From Octopus sinensis (taxonomy: Eukaryota): a DNA stretch of 64,000 nucleotides. Position numbers and translations under genes: made by a program. Shown here piece after piece: positions 39,359 through 51,620 of the stretch. The notes beneath the pieces are model-generated. The model worked only from the letters and a program-made list of their open reading frames with translations, had not been told where the DNA came from and searched no databases. The first letter of the stretch is position 1; each line of letters opens with the position of its first letter. Where the stretch lies: contig NC_042998.1 of assembly GCF_006345805.1 (NCBI RefSeq), positions 2,976,001-3,040,000 on the forward strand. Reading direction: 5' to 3'.

Positions 39359-40095
39359 GGTGACAATTCACCATCTACATTTTGAGTTCAAATGCCACCA
39401 ACGATTATTATTATTAAGACAGTGAGCTGGTAGAATCCTTAACACACCAGGGAAATGCCTAGCAGCATTTCTTCCAGTTTTACGACCTGAGTTCAAATTC
39501 CACTGAGGTCAACTCTGCCTTTCATCTTCTCAATCAAGCACTGGGGTTCATGTAACCAACAAATCCCCTCCACCAAAATTTCAGGTTTTGTGCCCAAAAT
39601 AGAAAGGACTACTACTACTGCTACTACTACTACTGCTGCTGCTGCTGCGAGCTAGCAGAATTATTGGCATGTCAGAGAAAATGCTTAACAGTATTTCTTC
39701 TTCTGCCTCTTTTATGCACCAAGTTCAAATCCCACCAAAGACAACTTCGCTTTTCATCCTTTCAGAATTGATAAAATAAGTACCAGTTGGACCCTGGGGT
39801 CAACTTACCCTCTCCTGATTAATTTGCCTGCTATGCATCAAAACTTGAAACTACTACTACTACTATTACAGCAGTAAACTAGCAAAACCATTAGCACTTT
39901 GGACAAAATGCTTTGTAGCAATTTTGGTTTTGCTTTGGTCCATCACTACGTTCTGAGTTCAAATTCTACCATGGTCAATTTTGCCTTTCATCCTTTCAGG
40001 GTCAATAAAATAAATACCAGCCGAGCACCGGGGTCAATGCAATCAACTTATCCCCTCCCCCAAAATTGCTGGCCTTGTGCCAAAATTTAAAACCA
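39128..40095 (+). mobile_element. Head-to-tail cluster of five S2 SINEs (one truncated) separated by (TAT)n/(TAC)n
   Basis: Heads at about 39128, 39357, 39415, 39645 and 39868, each with the gagttcaaat B box. Confidence 0.75.
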
Positions 40096-41464
40096 CCATT
40101 GTTGTTGTTGTGGAAGTGTCAGAGAAAGCTACAACTAAAGAGATTGAGTAGTTGTTTCTATGCTTTTATGGATCTATCCAGTTGTATTTCTTTAAAACAT
40201 TGTTAAACCAATGAGAGTACATAATTAAAATATTGTCTGTTTCTTAAGACGTTTCTCCAAGAAGCAGATTTTGAGTAATTCTGTAATATATTCCATGGAC
40301 CTGTTTGAAAATGAGCAACTGCACTTGTAGAGCTACTTGGTAAAGATAAAGCGCAAAGAATATTCCCATAAGAAAGCATACATAACAAGGTTGTTAATAT
40401 TGTTATAGACATTAATAGCCTTAATTGTCTTATAATTAATTAGTATTAATTATACTACACTTATTGTTCATCAACTTGAAGCATGGAGAGAATATGAAGA
40501 GAAAAAAGATTGTATAAACAAAGCATATATATATATATATAGCAAGAACTGCATGCAGCATAGAATATATATATATATATATTATACATATATATGTGTG
40601 TGAGCATGAAAAATTCTGCAATACTCAAAAGTATTACGTTTAATGGAAAATGGAACATCAAAGTTAAAGAAACTCAGCAATGATGATGATGATGACGATG
40701 ATGATGATAGAAAGCAACAACATCAACAAAAAAGCATGTTTCTAATGAAAAATGATATCATTTGATGCATCGCAAACACTCATGCTGAGGAGGAAATAAT
40801 CTTAACTGCTAACTCATGCATTTGTCTTTCTTTTTTGTTTGTTTTTTTTTCGTTCTACCTGCTCAGGAACCAGGATGGCTTTTGATGGAGGTGATGGTTG
40901 AGGTGGTAGTGGTGGTGGTGGTGGTGGTGGTTGGTTGGTTGGGATGGTTGTACAATCAAGTCAGTGGCTCTTCATAAACCAATAACTGGTATGATGGTGA
41001 TACCAAAAATGAGTTCAGATTCAGAAAGAAATTTATACAAAGAAAAAAATATATATAGAACCACAAAAGAATAGAAAGAAGTGAAACATCTAAATTATTT
41101 GTCAAGATGCTTAAAATACAAAAAAAAAAAAAAAAAAAAAGATCTCTACTAAATAAGGACTAGAGCAAGACAATAAAACTAAACACTAAATAATCTTAGA
41201 AATATTATTATCAATCCAATTTTATTGATTGGAAAGTAACAGAATCATGAGAAGTGTTTAAAAATGAAACAAAATTCAGCAATCACCTGCAACTTAGTAA
41301 AGTGGTAGAGCTATTGTAGCCAATAAAGACACACATTAAACTGATATACATAGCAAGGGAGCCTCTAAGTGGTCGCTCAACTTGCTAGAAATAGCAACCA
41401 ACTCTCCCTCAAATCACACTCTACTTTAAACATGAAAGAGATGTTTGATAATGAAAGTTTAGAT

Positions 41465-41714
41465 CAGTGTTTCTCGACCTTTGTTTTGTTTTTTGTTTTT
41501 TTTTTCCTATGGACCCATTCGTTCTTATTTTATTCAGATGGACTCTCCTAGTCATTCTATGTTTAAAAACGTTATATTACATTTTCATGATTAAATATTA
41601 TTAGGAATTGTCTAAAAATATTAAACTATTTTGAAGTAAAACCAATTTATTGGACATAAACTTTAACAACAAAATCTTATAAAGACTTCCAATGGCCATA
41701 ATCAAGAACCAGTG
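41465..41714. mobile_element. hAT-type MITE
   Basis: Starts cagtgtttctcgacc, with a degenerate right TIR. 8-bp TSD gtttagat / ggttagat. Confidence 0.55.
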
Positions 41715-41944
41715 GGTTAGATAAAATGGCTGAAAATAAAATGGTAGAGTCATGGCCAGAATGCTTTGATTATATGTGCACTCATTTAGAGCTGACTTTT
41801 ACAACAACACAAACACTGATATGTTCACTTTTAACTAATTATTTATAACAATATCACTGTACAGTGATAACAGCAAATAACTACAACAATATGTTACAAG
41901 AACACTTTACAGGCAGAATTGAAGAAGGTCTTAAGAAGAAACCA

Positions 41945-42338
41945 CTGGCACTTGTGCCCCGTGCTAGTAGGGTGCTAAGAGCACCATCCGAGCGTGATCG
42001 TTGCCAGAGCGGCTAACTGGCTTCCATGCCGGTGGCACGTAAAAGGCACCATTCAAGCGTGATCGTTACCAGCGTCGCCTTACTGGCACCTGTGCCGGTG
42101 GCATGTGTAAAAAGATTCGAGCGAGGTCGTTGCCAGTACCACCTGACTGGCCCCCGTGCCGGTGGCACGTAAAAGCACCCACTACACTCTCAGAGTGGTT
42201 GGCGTTAGGAAGGGCATCCAGCTGTAGAAATTCTGCCAGATCAGATTGGAGCCTGGTGCAGCCATCTGGTTCGCCAGCCCTCAGTTAAATCATCCAACCC
42301 ATGCTAGCATGGAAAGCAGACGGTAAACGATGATGATG
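41945..42338 (+). mobile_element. (GAT)n-tailed RTE-3'-end short element, family R (CpG-rich young copy)
   Basis: Ends catgctagcatggaaagcagacggtaaacgatgatgatg. Similar to many copies on both strands. Confidence 0.75.
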
Positions 42339-42543
42339 AAATATCAGTCTACTGTTGGACAGATCTTGGCAGTCAAAAGACAGAGTAAAGAAGAATCAGG
42401 ACCATATATCTGCAGGCAGTATTACCATTTGTAGACTTCTCAAAATGTTTTGACTGTCCATTGAGGCAAAAAAAACTGGAGCAAATTCTTCTTACCTGTG
42501 GTATACTTTAAATAGTAGTAGCAGTAGTAGTGATGCTCTACAA

Positions 42544-42805
42544 CAGTGATCCTCAACCATTTTTACCTATGAACCCCTTGGATTCCCGTTTTACTCAGGT
42601 GGACCCCCATAGTAATTCAATATTTAAAAAATCCTATTGTATTTTTATAATTAAATATTATTCAGAATTGTAACAAAAAAAAAAAAGATTGTGAAAATAT
42701 TTTATGTATTGTAGAAATATAACCAATTTAAAGTACATAAATTTTAACAAGAAAATCTTACATGGACCCCTAAAGGTCATTAGGGGCCCTGGTTGAGCCC
42801 TACTA
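42544..42805. mobile_element. hAT-type MITE
   Basis: cagtgatcctcaacc ... ggttgagccctacta. 8-bp TSD ctctacaa / ttctacaa. Confidence 0.6.
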
Positions 42806-42829
42806 TTCTACAAGAACACACAGACTAAA

Positions 42830-43640
42830 ATATGATCATCTGATAGCTTCTTTGATATCAATGCTGGAGTCCAGCATGGTGATATACTTGTTCAATCCCT
42901 ATTTCTCATCTGCTATGTCTTTCACACTTTGACTGAAAAGATTAATGAACATTGTTTCACTCTGACAAAATCCACCTTCCCTCATCAACCAGGTAGTAAT
43001 AATAATAATAACAGATGTAGATCATGTTGATGATAATTACTCTCTTCATACTTCATACTCGCTTCTGTAATTAACTTCTACATGACCTTAGAAAAGCAGC
43101 AGAAGATATTGATCTATATTTTAATGCCTCAAAGACTGAATATATCTGCTACTATCAAAAGGGCTCAATAAGCACAATCAACAGAATACTCTAAAATCTG
43201 TGGACTCCTTTGTATACTTAAGAAATAACATTATATCCACAGAAAAGATTGTAAACATTTGTCTCACCAAAGCATGGGCTGTTCTTGGAGACTTCAGTGT
43301 CACTTAGAAATTTATCACTACCAGTTGATCTTAGAAGAACTTTTTTTTTTCTATGTCACTGTGAAATCAGTGCTGCCATATAGATCAATTGCTTAGACAC
43401 TCAACAAACACCTGGAGGATGCGGTTACTGGCCATTCTGAGTATTTTATGGGTAAAGCATCCTACCAAAGACAGTCTTCTTGCAGTCACTGATGTGAAAG
43501 AATTCATTAGTGATACAGTCTTATGGACATGCCAACATAAATATAAACTGATCAGGTGCCCTGCAGAAGCCTTCATCAACTATTCTACACACGAAAGAGA
43601 TGTTGTCCTGCTGACCGCCAGATTGCAATGAGGGTTTGTG
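42830..43640 (+). mobile_element. Decayed RTE-X-like LINE RT region
   Basis: FFDINAGVQHGDIL, LRKAAEDIDLYFNASKTEY, KAWAVL, TVKSVL, WVKHPTK and DTVLWT. Confidence 0.6.
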
Positions 43641-43711
43641 CCGATGGCATGATCAAACCAAACATATATTTAATGTAAAAAATTTTCTTAACCAAATATG
43701 ACTTGCTTAAT

Positions 43712-43968
43712 AACAATCGCAGTGTGGAAGGTGTTTATAAGCCATTTAAGAAACACACAAAAACCGTTCGATTCACTTCAACATTTAAATTTAATTTGTC
43801 AAAATATTTTCGTCGCTTTGATGCAGCACAGAATTTTGTCAGTGAACAGGTTGCGGCCTCAAAGCGACGAAAATATTTTGACAAATCAAATTTAAATGTT
43901 GAAGTAAATCTAACAGTTTTTGTGCATTTCTTAAATGGCTTATAAACACCTTCCACGCTGCAATTGTT
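43712..43968. mobile_element. Fold-back element / MITE with 117-bp inverted arms
   Basis: 43712-43828 is the close reverse complement of 43852-43968, with a 23-nt loop. This explains the mirrored ORFs 43703(+) and 43735(-). Confidence 0.7.
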
Positions 43969-44519
43969 TTCGTTCCAGCACACAATCTCAGATCAGGTCA
44001 CTTGCTATGCAAGTACAACTCCGTAACTTGCTTAATAATACTAAAAGTATTGATAACATCATAGATGTACAATAACAGACTTTGATACTTAATATATTTG
44101 CAATGCACAAGCTGTTTTGAACACTTGTCAAACATAACTCAGAAATATTCAACAATCTATACCCTACCCCAAAACACACTTCTGACTGCTAATTGAATAT
44201 TAGATTTATGGTTAATTCAATAAATTGATTCTTAACATTGACACAAGAATACTAATTTATTCATATTTTTGGAGCAAGGTGTAATCAATTTAAACAACTC
44301 CAATACTTGACTGGTATAATTTTATTAAACTTGGCAGGACAAAATTAACTCAAACTCAATGGGATATGAATACAGAACATAAAGAAGCAAAACTAAAGAC
44401 TGCAAAACATTTTATCTATCACTGGAATGCTTCTATCACATGACCAGCCATGTATTGCAAATATTTCTAATACATCTGCAAGTTAATGAAAGAGGCATAG
44501 AGATGAATAAACTAACATC

Positions 44520-44740
44520 ATCATCATCATCATAGTCATTTTAATGTCCGCTTTTACATGTTTGCTTGGGTAGACAGGATTCATTGAAGCAGATTTTCTA
44601 TAGCTGGATGTCCTTCCAGGCACCAACTGTCACCTGTTTCTAAGCATGGTAATACTTCTCTGTAACCAGACAGGTTTACATGGAATACTGAAAATGTGGT
44701 ACACCACTCATATGATGGTGACACTCACTTATCACATAAG
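44520..44740 (-). mobile_element. Second (GAT)n-tailed short element, family R2
   Basis: Shares the tail and ggatgtccttcc motif with family R but has a different body. Homologues at about 5630-5800(+), 27640-27760(+), 52846-53040(-) and 58455-58650(-). Confidence 0.6.
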
Positions 44741-45299
44741 GTCAATAAATAAATACATATGCACACACATACACACACACGTACGCACACAAACATTATA
44801 CATACAATGGGCTTCATTCATTTTCTATCTACCAAATCTGGCTTTGGTCAATCAAGGGCTGTAGTAGAAGATGCTTGCCCAAGGTGCCAAACAGTGGGAC
44901 TGAACCTGGAACCATGTGACTGATAAGCAAATTTCTTAACCACACAGCTATACCTGTACCTATGAGAAATATTCTAATTCATCAACAGATTATATGGTTT
45001 CGTAAGTAGCACAAACTAACAACGCCCAAAGGTAAAAATGTCTGTCTTAATTATTTTTAAAATTTATCTTTTCTAGATATCAATTTTCAAGTATTTACAA
45101 ATAATTTGCTTTTAGAGATAAATTGATGTTGAAACAGACAAGGTGCATAAAAACTGCTGCAGAGCAATTGTATGCATGCACACACACATACATACATAAG
45201 GTGGGTAGATTAGGTAAAAACAAACAGACAGACATAAATATCTGCATGGGTGGTCAGGTCTTTTTTTTCTGCACCATATGTTGCCAATGACTACAGTCC

Positions 45300-47790
45300 T
45301 TTGTCTCCTCCACTGTGAGGTGCAACTGTTTTTGATCAAGTCTTCATTAACTCATTCCATGTCTCCAGTCTTCATCCAACCTGTTCCATCCACCCTATAC
45401 ACCCACACTTCTCTAAACAGTTGTCTTTCTCTATAAACATCATATGCCTCTACCAGTACAGTTTTCTCTTTTCTATACTATGATTCCTTCTGTATTCTGC
45501 TTCTTATTTTTTATTTTATTTTTCACATTTCATTTTCACTTTGTCAGGTATGTACACTAACATTACATAACCAACAGAGCAGAGTCTTTGCAAATCTTCT
45601 GCAAGCAAGGCCCCTGTCTTGTTCCCATGAAGCATCACGACTTATAAAAACATCATATAATCTGCCCCAAGATTATAATTCTTTCCAAGAAAGAAGCCCT
45701 TAATAAACAGCAGAGGTGACAACTGCTCGAACTTTTCCCAAACTGTTCTTGCTCTGGTTATTATGCTTTCAATACACATACCTCCACTGCTAATTAGGAC
45801 AATTAGGTAACAGAAGCTATCAACAACTTCTAGTGATCCTTCTCAGCATTTGAAGGAATTTACTTCCTTCAAATCTTCCTACTGCTAACTACTGCATATT
45901 TACCACATATGGCACATACGTCCCCTGCCCAATTCAAAATCACAGCATACATGTACACTGCAACATAATTTCTTTTCCTCAACAGGCCCTGCCCTATTTA
46001 ATATTGTCCCAAGAGAGATCAAAGAGGAAAAGGATCCCATCAACTTTAAACCGAGTCTGGATAGATTCCTTCAAAGAATACCAGATAAGCCACCCATAAT
46101 TGGATACAACTCACCCAACAAGAACTCACTACTTGAATGGACCATAAACAAAACTTGACTTAAACAGGATTCAAATAATCCTATCAGGTGGTGCTATTAA
46201 GTTAGACATGGCCTGGACCAATCTTTGGTCGAAACATATCTAAGTTTATCTAAGTTTATCTTATGGCTACCTTCTTTTTTATTGGCCTGCCTGTAATCCC
46301 ACCATACTTCTTGTGCATCCATAGTTTACACTGGTTAGATTGCAGAAGCCCAATCTACATCTTTTCTGCATATGAAGCACAGCCATTTCACTGATGGTAG
46401 CAGAGTTCTGTTCTTCCTATCAAAATTTTAGTCTTTCCTAATCTGACTTTCAGCTTTCTCAGTTTTAGGTCTTGCTTCCATGTCTGAAAGGGTTTCTTTA
46501 AACCAACTGCAAATTCCACTATAAGAATTAGGTTATAAACTCTACTATACTGGCCTGGAGGAATATAATAAGCAGGAAGATGCTGAATATAAAGCAGTAA
46601 TGGATCATTACCTACATTCTAAAGTGGCAGAACCTCCTTGCTAACAGAACCTCTGTATCTGTTTTGTACAGCACACACAAGCCATACATCTGCCCTTAGT
46701 TTCCTTAGTAGCCATTAGAATACAGAGCATAGAATCGTGTCAAAGACTTCTTTATGCAAAAAGTGGCTTATCCTAGCTAAAGATGAAGATGATGTTTGAA
46801 ATACCTCTTCCTGACATGAAACAAAACTAAATCTCATCATCATCATTGAATGCCCACTTTCCATGCTGGCATGGGTTGGACAGTTTGACCGGGATCTGGG
46901 ATGCCAGGAGGCTGCACGAGGCTCCAGTCTGATCTGGCAGTGTTTCTACAGCTGGATGCCCTGCCTAACGCCAACCACTCTGAGAGTGTAGTGGGTGCTT
47001 TTTACATGCCACCGGCACAGGAGCCAGGGGAGGCTGGTAGCAGCCACGATTGATTGGTGCTTTTTACGTGCCACTGGCATGGAAGCCAGATCAATTCTTT
47101 TTAAAATCAGTTATACAATAACTTTTTCCATAACTTTCGTAAATAGTTGTACCGTTTGATACTTCTACAGTTGCCCCCTTTCTAGTCCATCTCTTTTGCA
47201 CTTTACAATGATACTGCTACACTAATCCTTGAATATGTCACATTCCTGTACTACCTGACTGATTATACAAGTGACTAACATACTTGCTGTTTTGCCAGTT
47301 ATTTTAACTATTTCTTCAACTATCCCTGATGAACTAGTAGCCTTCCCAGACTTCATATCCGTAATTGTACACGCATCCATCTGCTGTCAAGTTGAATAGC
47401 TGATTCATCAGCTGAGTCTGTTTAGGATAGACCTTCTCTCACCTGTGCATTCTTCACATTCAATAATAACTTTCCATTCATAATAACACCTCAATGCCAC
47501 TTTCTTTCAAGTAACAGTAGAAGCAAGTGTGTTGTTATCATTCCTTAAACATTTCACTGTCTCCATCTGGACTCTTTCTACTACACTGCTTTGCAATCAG
47601 GAACATCTCATGCCTCTGACCCTCAGATCACAGATTAATAGCAAAACTCTTCCCATTGGCAAAGTATACCAGATATCTAGCTTCTAGCTATTTGATACTG
47701 CACTCTGCTACTCCTTTTCTTCCAGGTTCTCCAAGGCTTACCTTAGATTTTACGAGTCAGTCTACAAGACTACTCCACTATGATGTCACC
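45300..47790 (-). mobile_element. Long decayed RTE LINE remnant, interrupted by CR1 (45980-46262) and a (GAT)n element (46833-47092)
   Basis: Minus-strand peptides TITDMKSGKATSSSGI and LEVVDSFCYLIVLISSGG match RTE RT-region motifs. Confidence 0.6.
45980..46262 (+). mobile_element. 3' end of a second CR1-like LINE
   Basis: GPALFNIVPREI..FKPSLDRFLQRIPDKP..GYNSPNKNSLLEW, followed by a (taagtttatc)n tail. Inserted into an RTE remnant. Confidence 0.7.
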
Positions 47791-47875
47791 TTCCATCCAG
47801 CTGGACTTTTGGAAAGTGACATGGAGGTGGAATAATGCTATAGGTAGAACCATTAAAGCTAATAGATTTGCTTTT

Positions 47876-47931
<56 letters not shown>

Positions 47932-48037
47932 TATATATATAAAATAATAAGAGTGAAAAATTGAATATTAATTTGATTATTATCAATTTAAAACCAGTGG
48001 TCTAGCATATTTAAAATTCTGAAGTTTTAGAAAAAAT

Positions 48038-48153
48038 TATATTACATACATATAAGAGGGATGACCTGTAAGTGGCCATCCATTTTGCTAGATCTTCTTC
48101 TAGCATAATGGCTGTCCACTTACAGGTCATCCCTCTTATATGTATGTAATATA
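48038..48153. repeat. Near-perfect hairpin, 55-bp stem with 6-nt loop
   Basis: Arms 48038-48092 and 48099-48153 have 3 mismatches. Loop tcttct. TA-rich flanks. Confidence 0.8.
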
Positions 48154-48857
48154 TATACTATATATAGAGAGAGAAAGAGACAGACAGAGAGATGGACATA
48201 TTATGCACAAAACAGTGCAAATCAGAAAAACTTAAATAAATTTAATCACATCTCACAGTGGGTTAAATAATGTAAATAAATACATTCTTTATATGCTAAT
48301 GATGTGAGAAAAAAGAGGGTGAACCATTTCACAGATTGTTGACTACTTTTCAGAGATGACATACCTGGCTTCCTCCCTGCAATCAATAGCATAGACCAAC
48401 TGTTATATAAACCTGTCATAAATTAGAGTAGCACCAGGAAGGGGGAGCCTAATTTGCATATTTGTGCTTTTGCAAGCCCACCATTGATTAAACAATATCT
48501 ATTTTATGCATAACCCAGCATAAAGCAGAAGAAGTGGAATAACTATAAACTTAATGAAAACCTCATTGTGAGTTAAAAAAGAATGTAAATACATTATTTG
48601 CTTATGCTCTGTTGTGCATAAAATAGATATTGTGTAATTTATGATGATGAGCCATCAAAAGCACAGATATACATATTGGGCCATCCACCAAACTGCTAGC
48701 CTGTATAATGGTTGACCCATGCCATTGACTGTGGAAGGAAACCTGGTACTTCTCTAAGGAGCAGACAACAAATCATGAAACAATCTGTCAAGAGATTCCT
48801 TCCCTCCTTTTTCTGTACATCAACAGTATAGAAATTGAAGTTCTATAATGTTTGCAT

Positions 48858-48912
<55 letters not shown>

Positions 48913-48924
48913 GTATGTGTATGT

Positions 48925-49105
48925 GTTGACGCTTTTCTTTCTCCGTCTTCCCTTCCTTGGACCTCTCCTTTTTCTATGTTTCTGGCGAAGAGCTCCGCTC
49001 GAAACGTTAATTCCTCCTTTTTTCTTTCCTTTCCTGAGCATCCAATAACACTATACTTGTTCCACATCCTTGTGTTTTCTCTTTGTTCATGTTTGGATTA
49101 ACTAT
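48925..49105 (+). mobile_element. Copy of the hammerhead-like element
   Basis: gttt-CTGGCGA-a-GAGC-tcc-GCTC-GAAA-C-GTT-aa at 48978-49010. Flanked by (TA)n/(TATG)n tracts. Confidence 0.55.
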
Positions 49106-49115
49106 ATATATATAT

Positions 49116-49560
49116 ATCATCATCATCGTTTAACGTCCGTTCTCCATGCTAGCATGGGTTGGACGGTTCGACCGGGGATCTGGGAAGCCAGAAGGCTGCA
49201 CCAGGCTCCGGTCTATTCTGGCAATGTTTCTACAGCTGGATGCCCTTCCTAATGCCAACCACTCCATGAGTGTAGTGGGTGCTTTTTATGTGCCACCTGC
49301 ACTGGAGCCAGGCGAGGCTGGCATCGGCCACGGTCGGATTGGTGCATTTTACGTGCCACCTGCACGGAAGCCAGTCGAGGCGGCACTGGCTTCGGCCACG
49401 ATTCGGATAGTGCTTTTTACGTGCCACCGACACGGAAGCCAGTCGGGGGGGCGCTGGCATCGGCCACGATTCGGATAGTGCTTTTTACGTTTCTCCAGTC
49501 CAGGGGTCCTGGCATCTGCCAGGTGCCAGTCATAGGATTGATTCAATTTCGATTTCGATT
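49116..49560 (-). mobile_element. Family R copy with three ~63-68-bp internal tandem units
   Basis: catcatcatcgtttaacgtccg tail end. The unit gtgctttttacgtgccacc...ggccacgattcggata is repeated at 49279-49490. Confidence 0.75.
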
Positions 49561-49599
49561 ACAATATATATATATATACGATTGGCATCCATTAGTCTC

Positions 49600-50105
49600 G
49601 AAAGACAATGGATCTGCACCTTGGATCAGATTGTGTTGCAGCATCACTTGAGACTGACCTGGCCAATGTGTAAGTGACAGTCACGGCGGCAACGGTCACA
49701 AATGTGGTTGGTCAGTTGGTCGTTTGTTGGTGGTTTGATCTTCCTGCATCCTTGTCTGTCCTCTGCTGTCTGACGTATGTGATCTCCTTCCCTCAGGGCA
49801 ATACTCAGCGTTTATCTCCAGCACAAACAGCCTTTTGCCATGTTCTCCCAGCTTTTGGTATTCATACTTACTGCCTTCATATCATGTTTGCACACATCCT
49901 TGAAATGGAGATGTGGTCGTCCGTGAGCACATCTGCCAGAGGCTAGCTCCCCCATACAGTGTATCTTTCGGTAACCACCCACCAGGCATCCGGTGCATAT
50001 GTCCCAGCCAGCAGAGACAGCGTTGCCAAAGTAGTGTGTTGTGAAAGTAGGTAATATCTCGTTGATCTGCCTACCCCATGTCGGTCTTGTTAGCCACATC
50101 TGCTC
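49600..50105 (-). mobile_element. RTE (BovB-like) LINE 3' fragment
   Basis: GELASGRCAHGRPHLHFKDVCKHDMKA..TKSWE matches the RTE C-terminal GR-P-F-D-K motif. Confidence 0.7.
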
Positions 50106-50385
50106 TCATGTGAAACAATGTGCTGGAAGCAGGGGAGGATGAATGCCTTGGATCAACACTACCATCACCTTTGATGCGCTACACCACACGCACACACACA
50201 CAACACAAACATGCAGTGCATTTCGACATTTAACTAAATATCCTGGAAGAATGACAATAATAACAGGAATAAAGGAATAAGGGGAAAAATAAAAATGTAT
50301 AAGGAAGATAATAACAGAGAATCATGTCCAATAAGATAAGTCAGATAAATAAATGAATCATTGTGGTAATTCTAAATTGTTTAAG

Positions 50386-50422
<37 letters not shown>

Positions 50423-51168
50423 GTGTTATAAAAATGGTTGGTGTTACTCAGACAATAAATTAATTCCCTTTCATGCCAAATAAAAAAAAAAACTGAAGGT
50501 GAGTTTTAAAAAACTAAAAATTATCAAATAAATTACACACCTACACATATAATACAGGATGTGACTAATATTTACAAAACTATAAACTAAAGCTAAGTTG
50601 GTTGTTGCAGCAGATTTAAATATTTCAAAGAAATATTTAGAATGCCACATGTCCAGATTTTTTTTTTTAGAACATAACTTACAGTAGTTAATGGAGAGGA
50701 ATTTAGAAGTTAAATGCTTGTAGTGAAAAACAAATTTCAAAAATTGAATATAAAATGAATGTATAAGAAAACTGCATGAACTACTTACATGAGAGAGAGA
50801 GAGAGAAAGAGATTGACAACAACTCCCTCTATTAAAACTTAAGACAGTAGAACGAAAGGGGAAGATAAACTGGTATGTATATAGGAATTAAAACCAAGCT
50901 TTAATCTCTGGTCATTAGTGTGACTGCACCCCCCCCCTCGTTGTTGTGTATAAGAGGTGGAGTCTGAGTGAGTTTTGAAGACAAAGAAGAAGCAACAAAG
51001 TTAAAGTATTGTAGTTTATCATTTTTAGAGTGGAATTATGGAGGTTTAAAGTTTATAATTAACAGTTAACGACAAAGGATATAAATTTCCTAAGGGATAA
51101 AAAAAATTTCAGTAGAATATAAGAGTATTTAATTATGTACTGTGTGTTTACATGTGTGTGTGTTTACA

Positions 51169-51203
<35 letters not shown>

Positions 51204-51234
51204 TAAATCTTACTCTATCTTTCTCACACTATTT

Positions 51235-51575
51235 CTTACATGGATGAATGTAATCTCACATGTCAATACACCTCTATACTGTTGCACACAGAACTCACTT
51301 CATTTGTCGGATCTTCGCAGTCACAGCATATCGCCAGAGGTCTCAGTCTTTTGTCATTGCCTCTGTGAGGCCCAACGTTCAAAGGTCATGCTTGACCACC
51401 TCATCCCGTGTCTTCCGGGGTCTTTCAATATCTACCAGGGAAGCTCTTTACAATTGGGAAACTCAATTCTTACATATTGCAAAGTCACTTTTATTCATCT
51501 CATCCTCCATCTTTGGTCACTTTTTACTGGCATCCACCACATGCACTCTCTCTCTCTCTCTCACACCATGTAGCT

Positions 51576-51615
<40 letters not shown>

Positions 51616-51620
51616 TTGCC
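51235..51620 (-). mobile_element. Decayed RTE C-terminal fragment with (CT)n tracts
   Basis: Reverse complement of the same sequence type as 38600-38780 and 56480-56570. Confidence 0.45.

Noticed and set aside
46195-46245. Hairpin followed by GAAAC (gacca-atctt-tggtc-gaaac) as a hammerhead
   Set aside because: There is no CUGANGA-like core upstream and no stem III G. It is more likely the CR1 3' UTR stem-loop.
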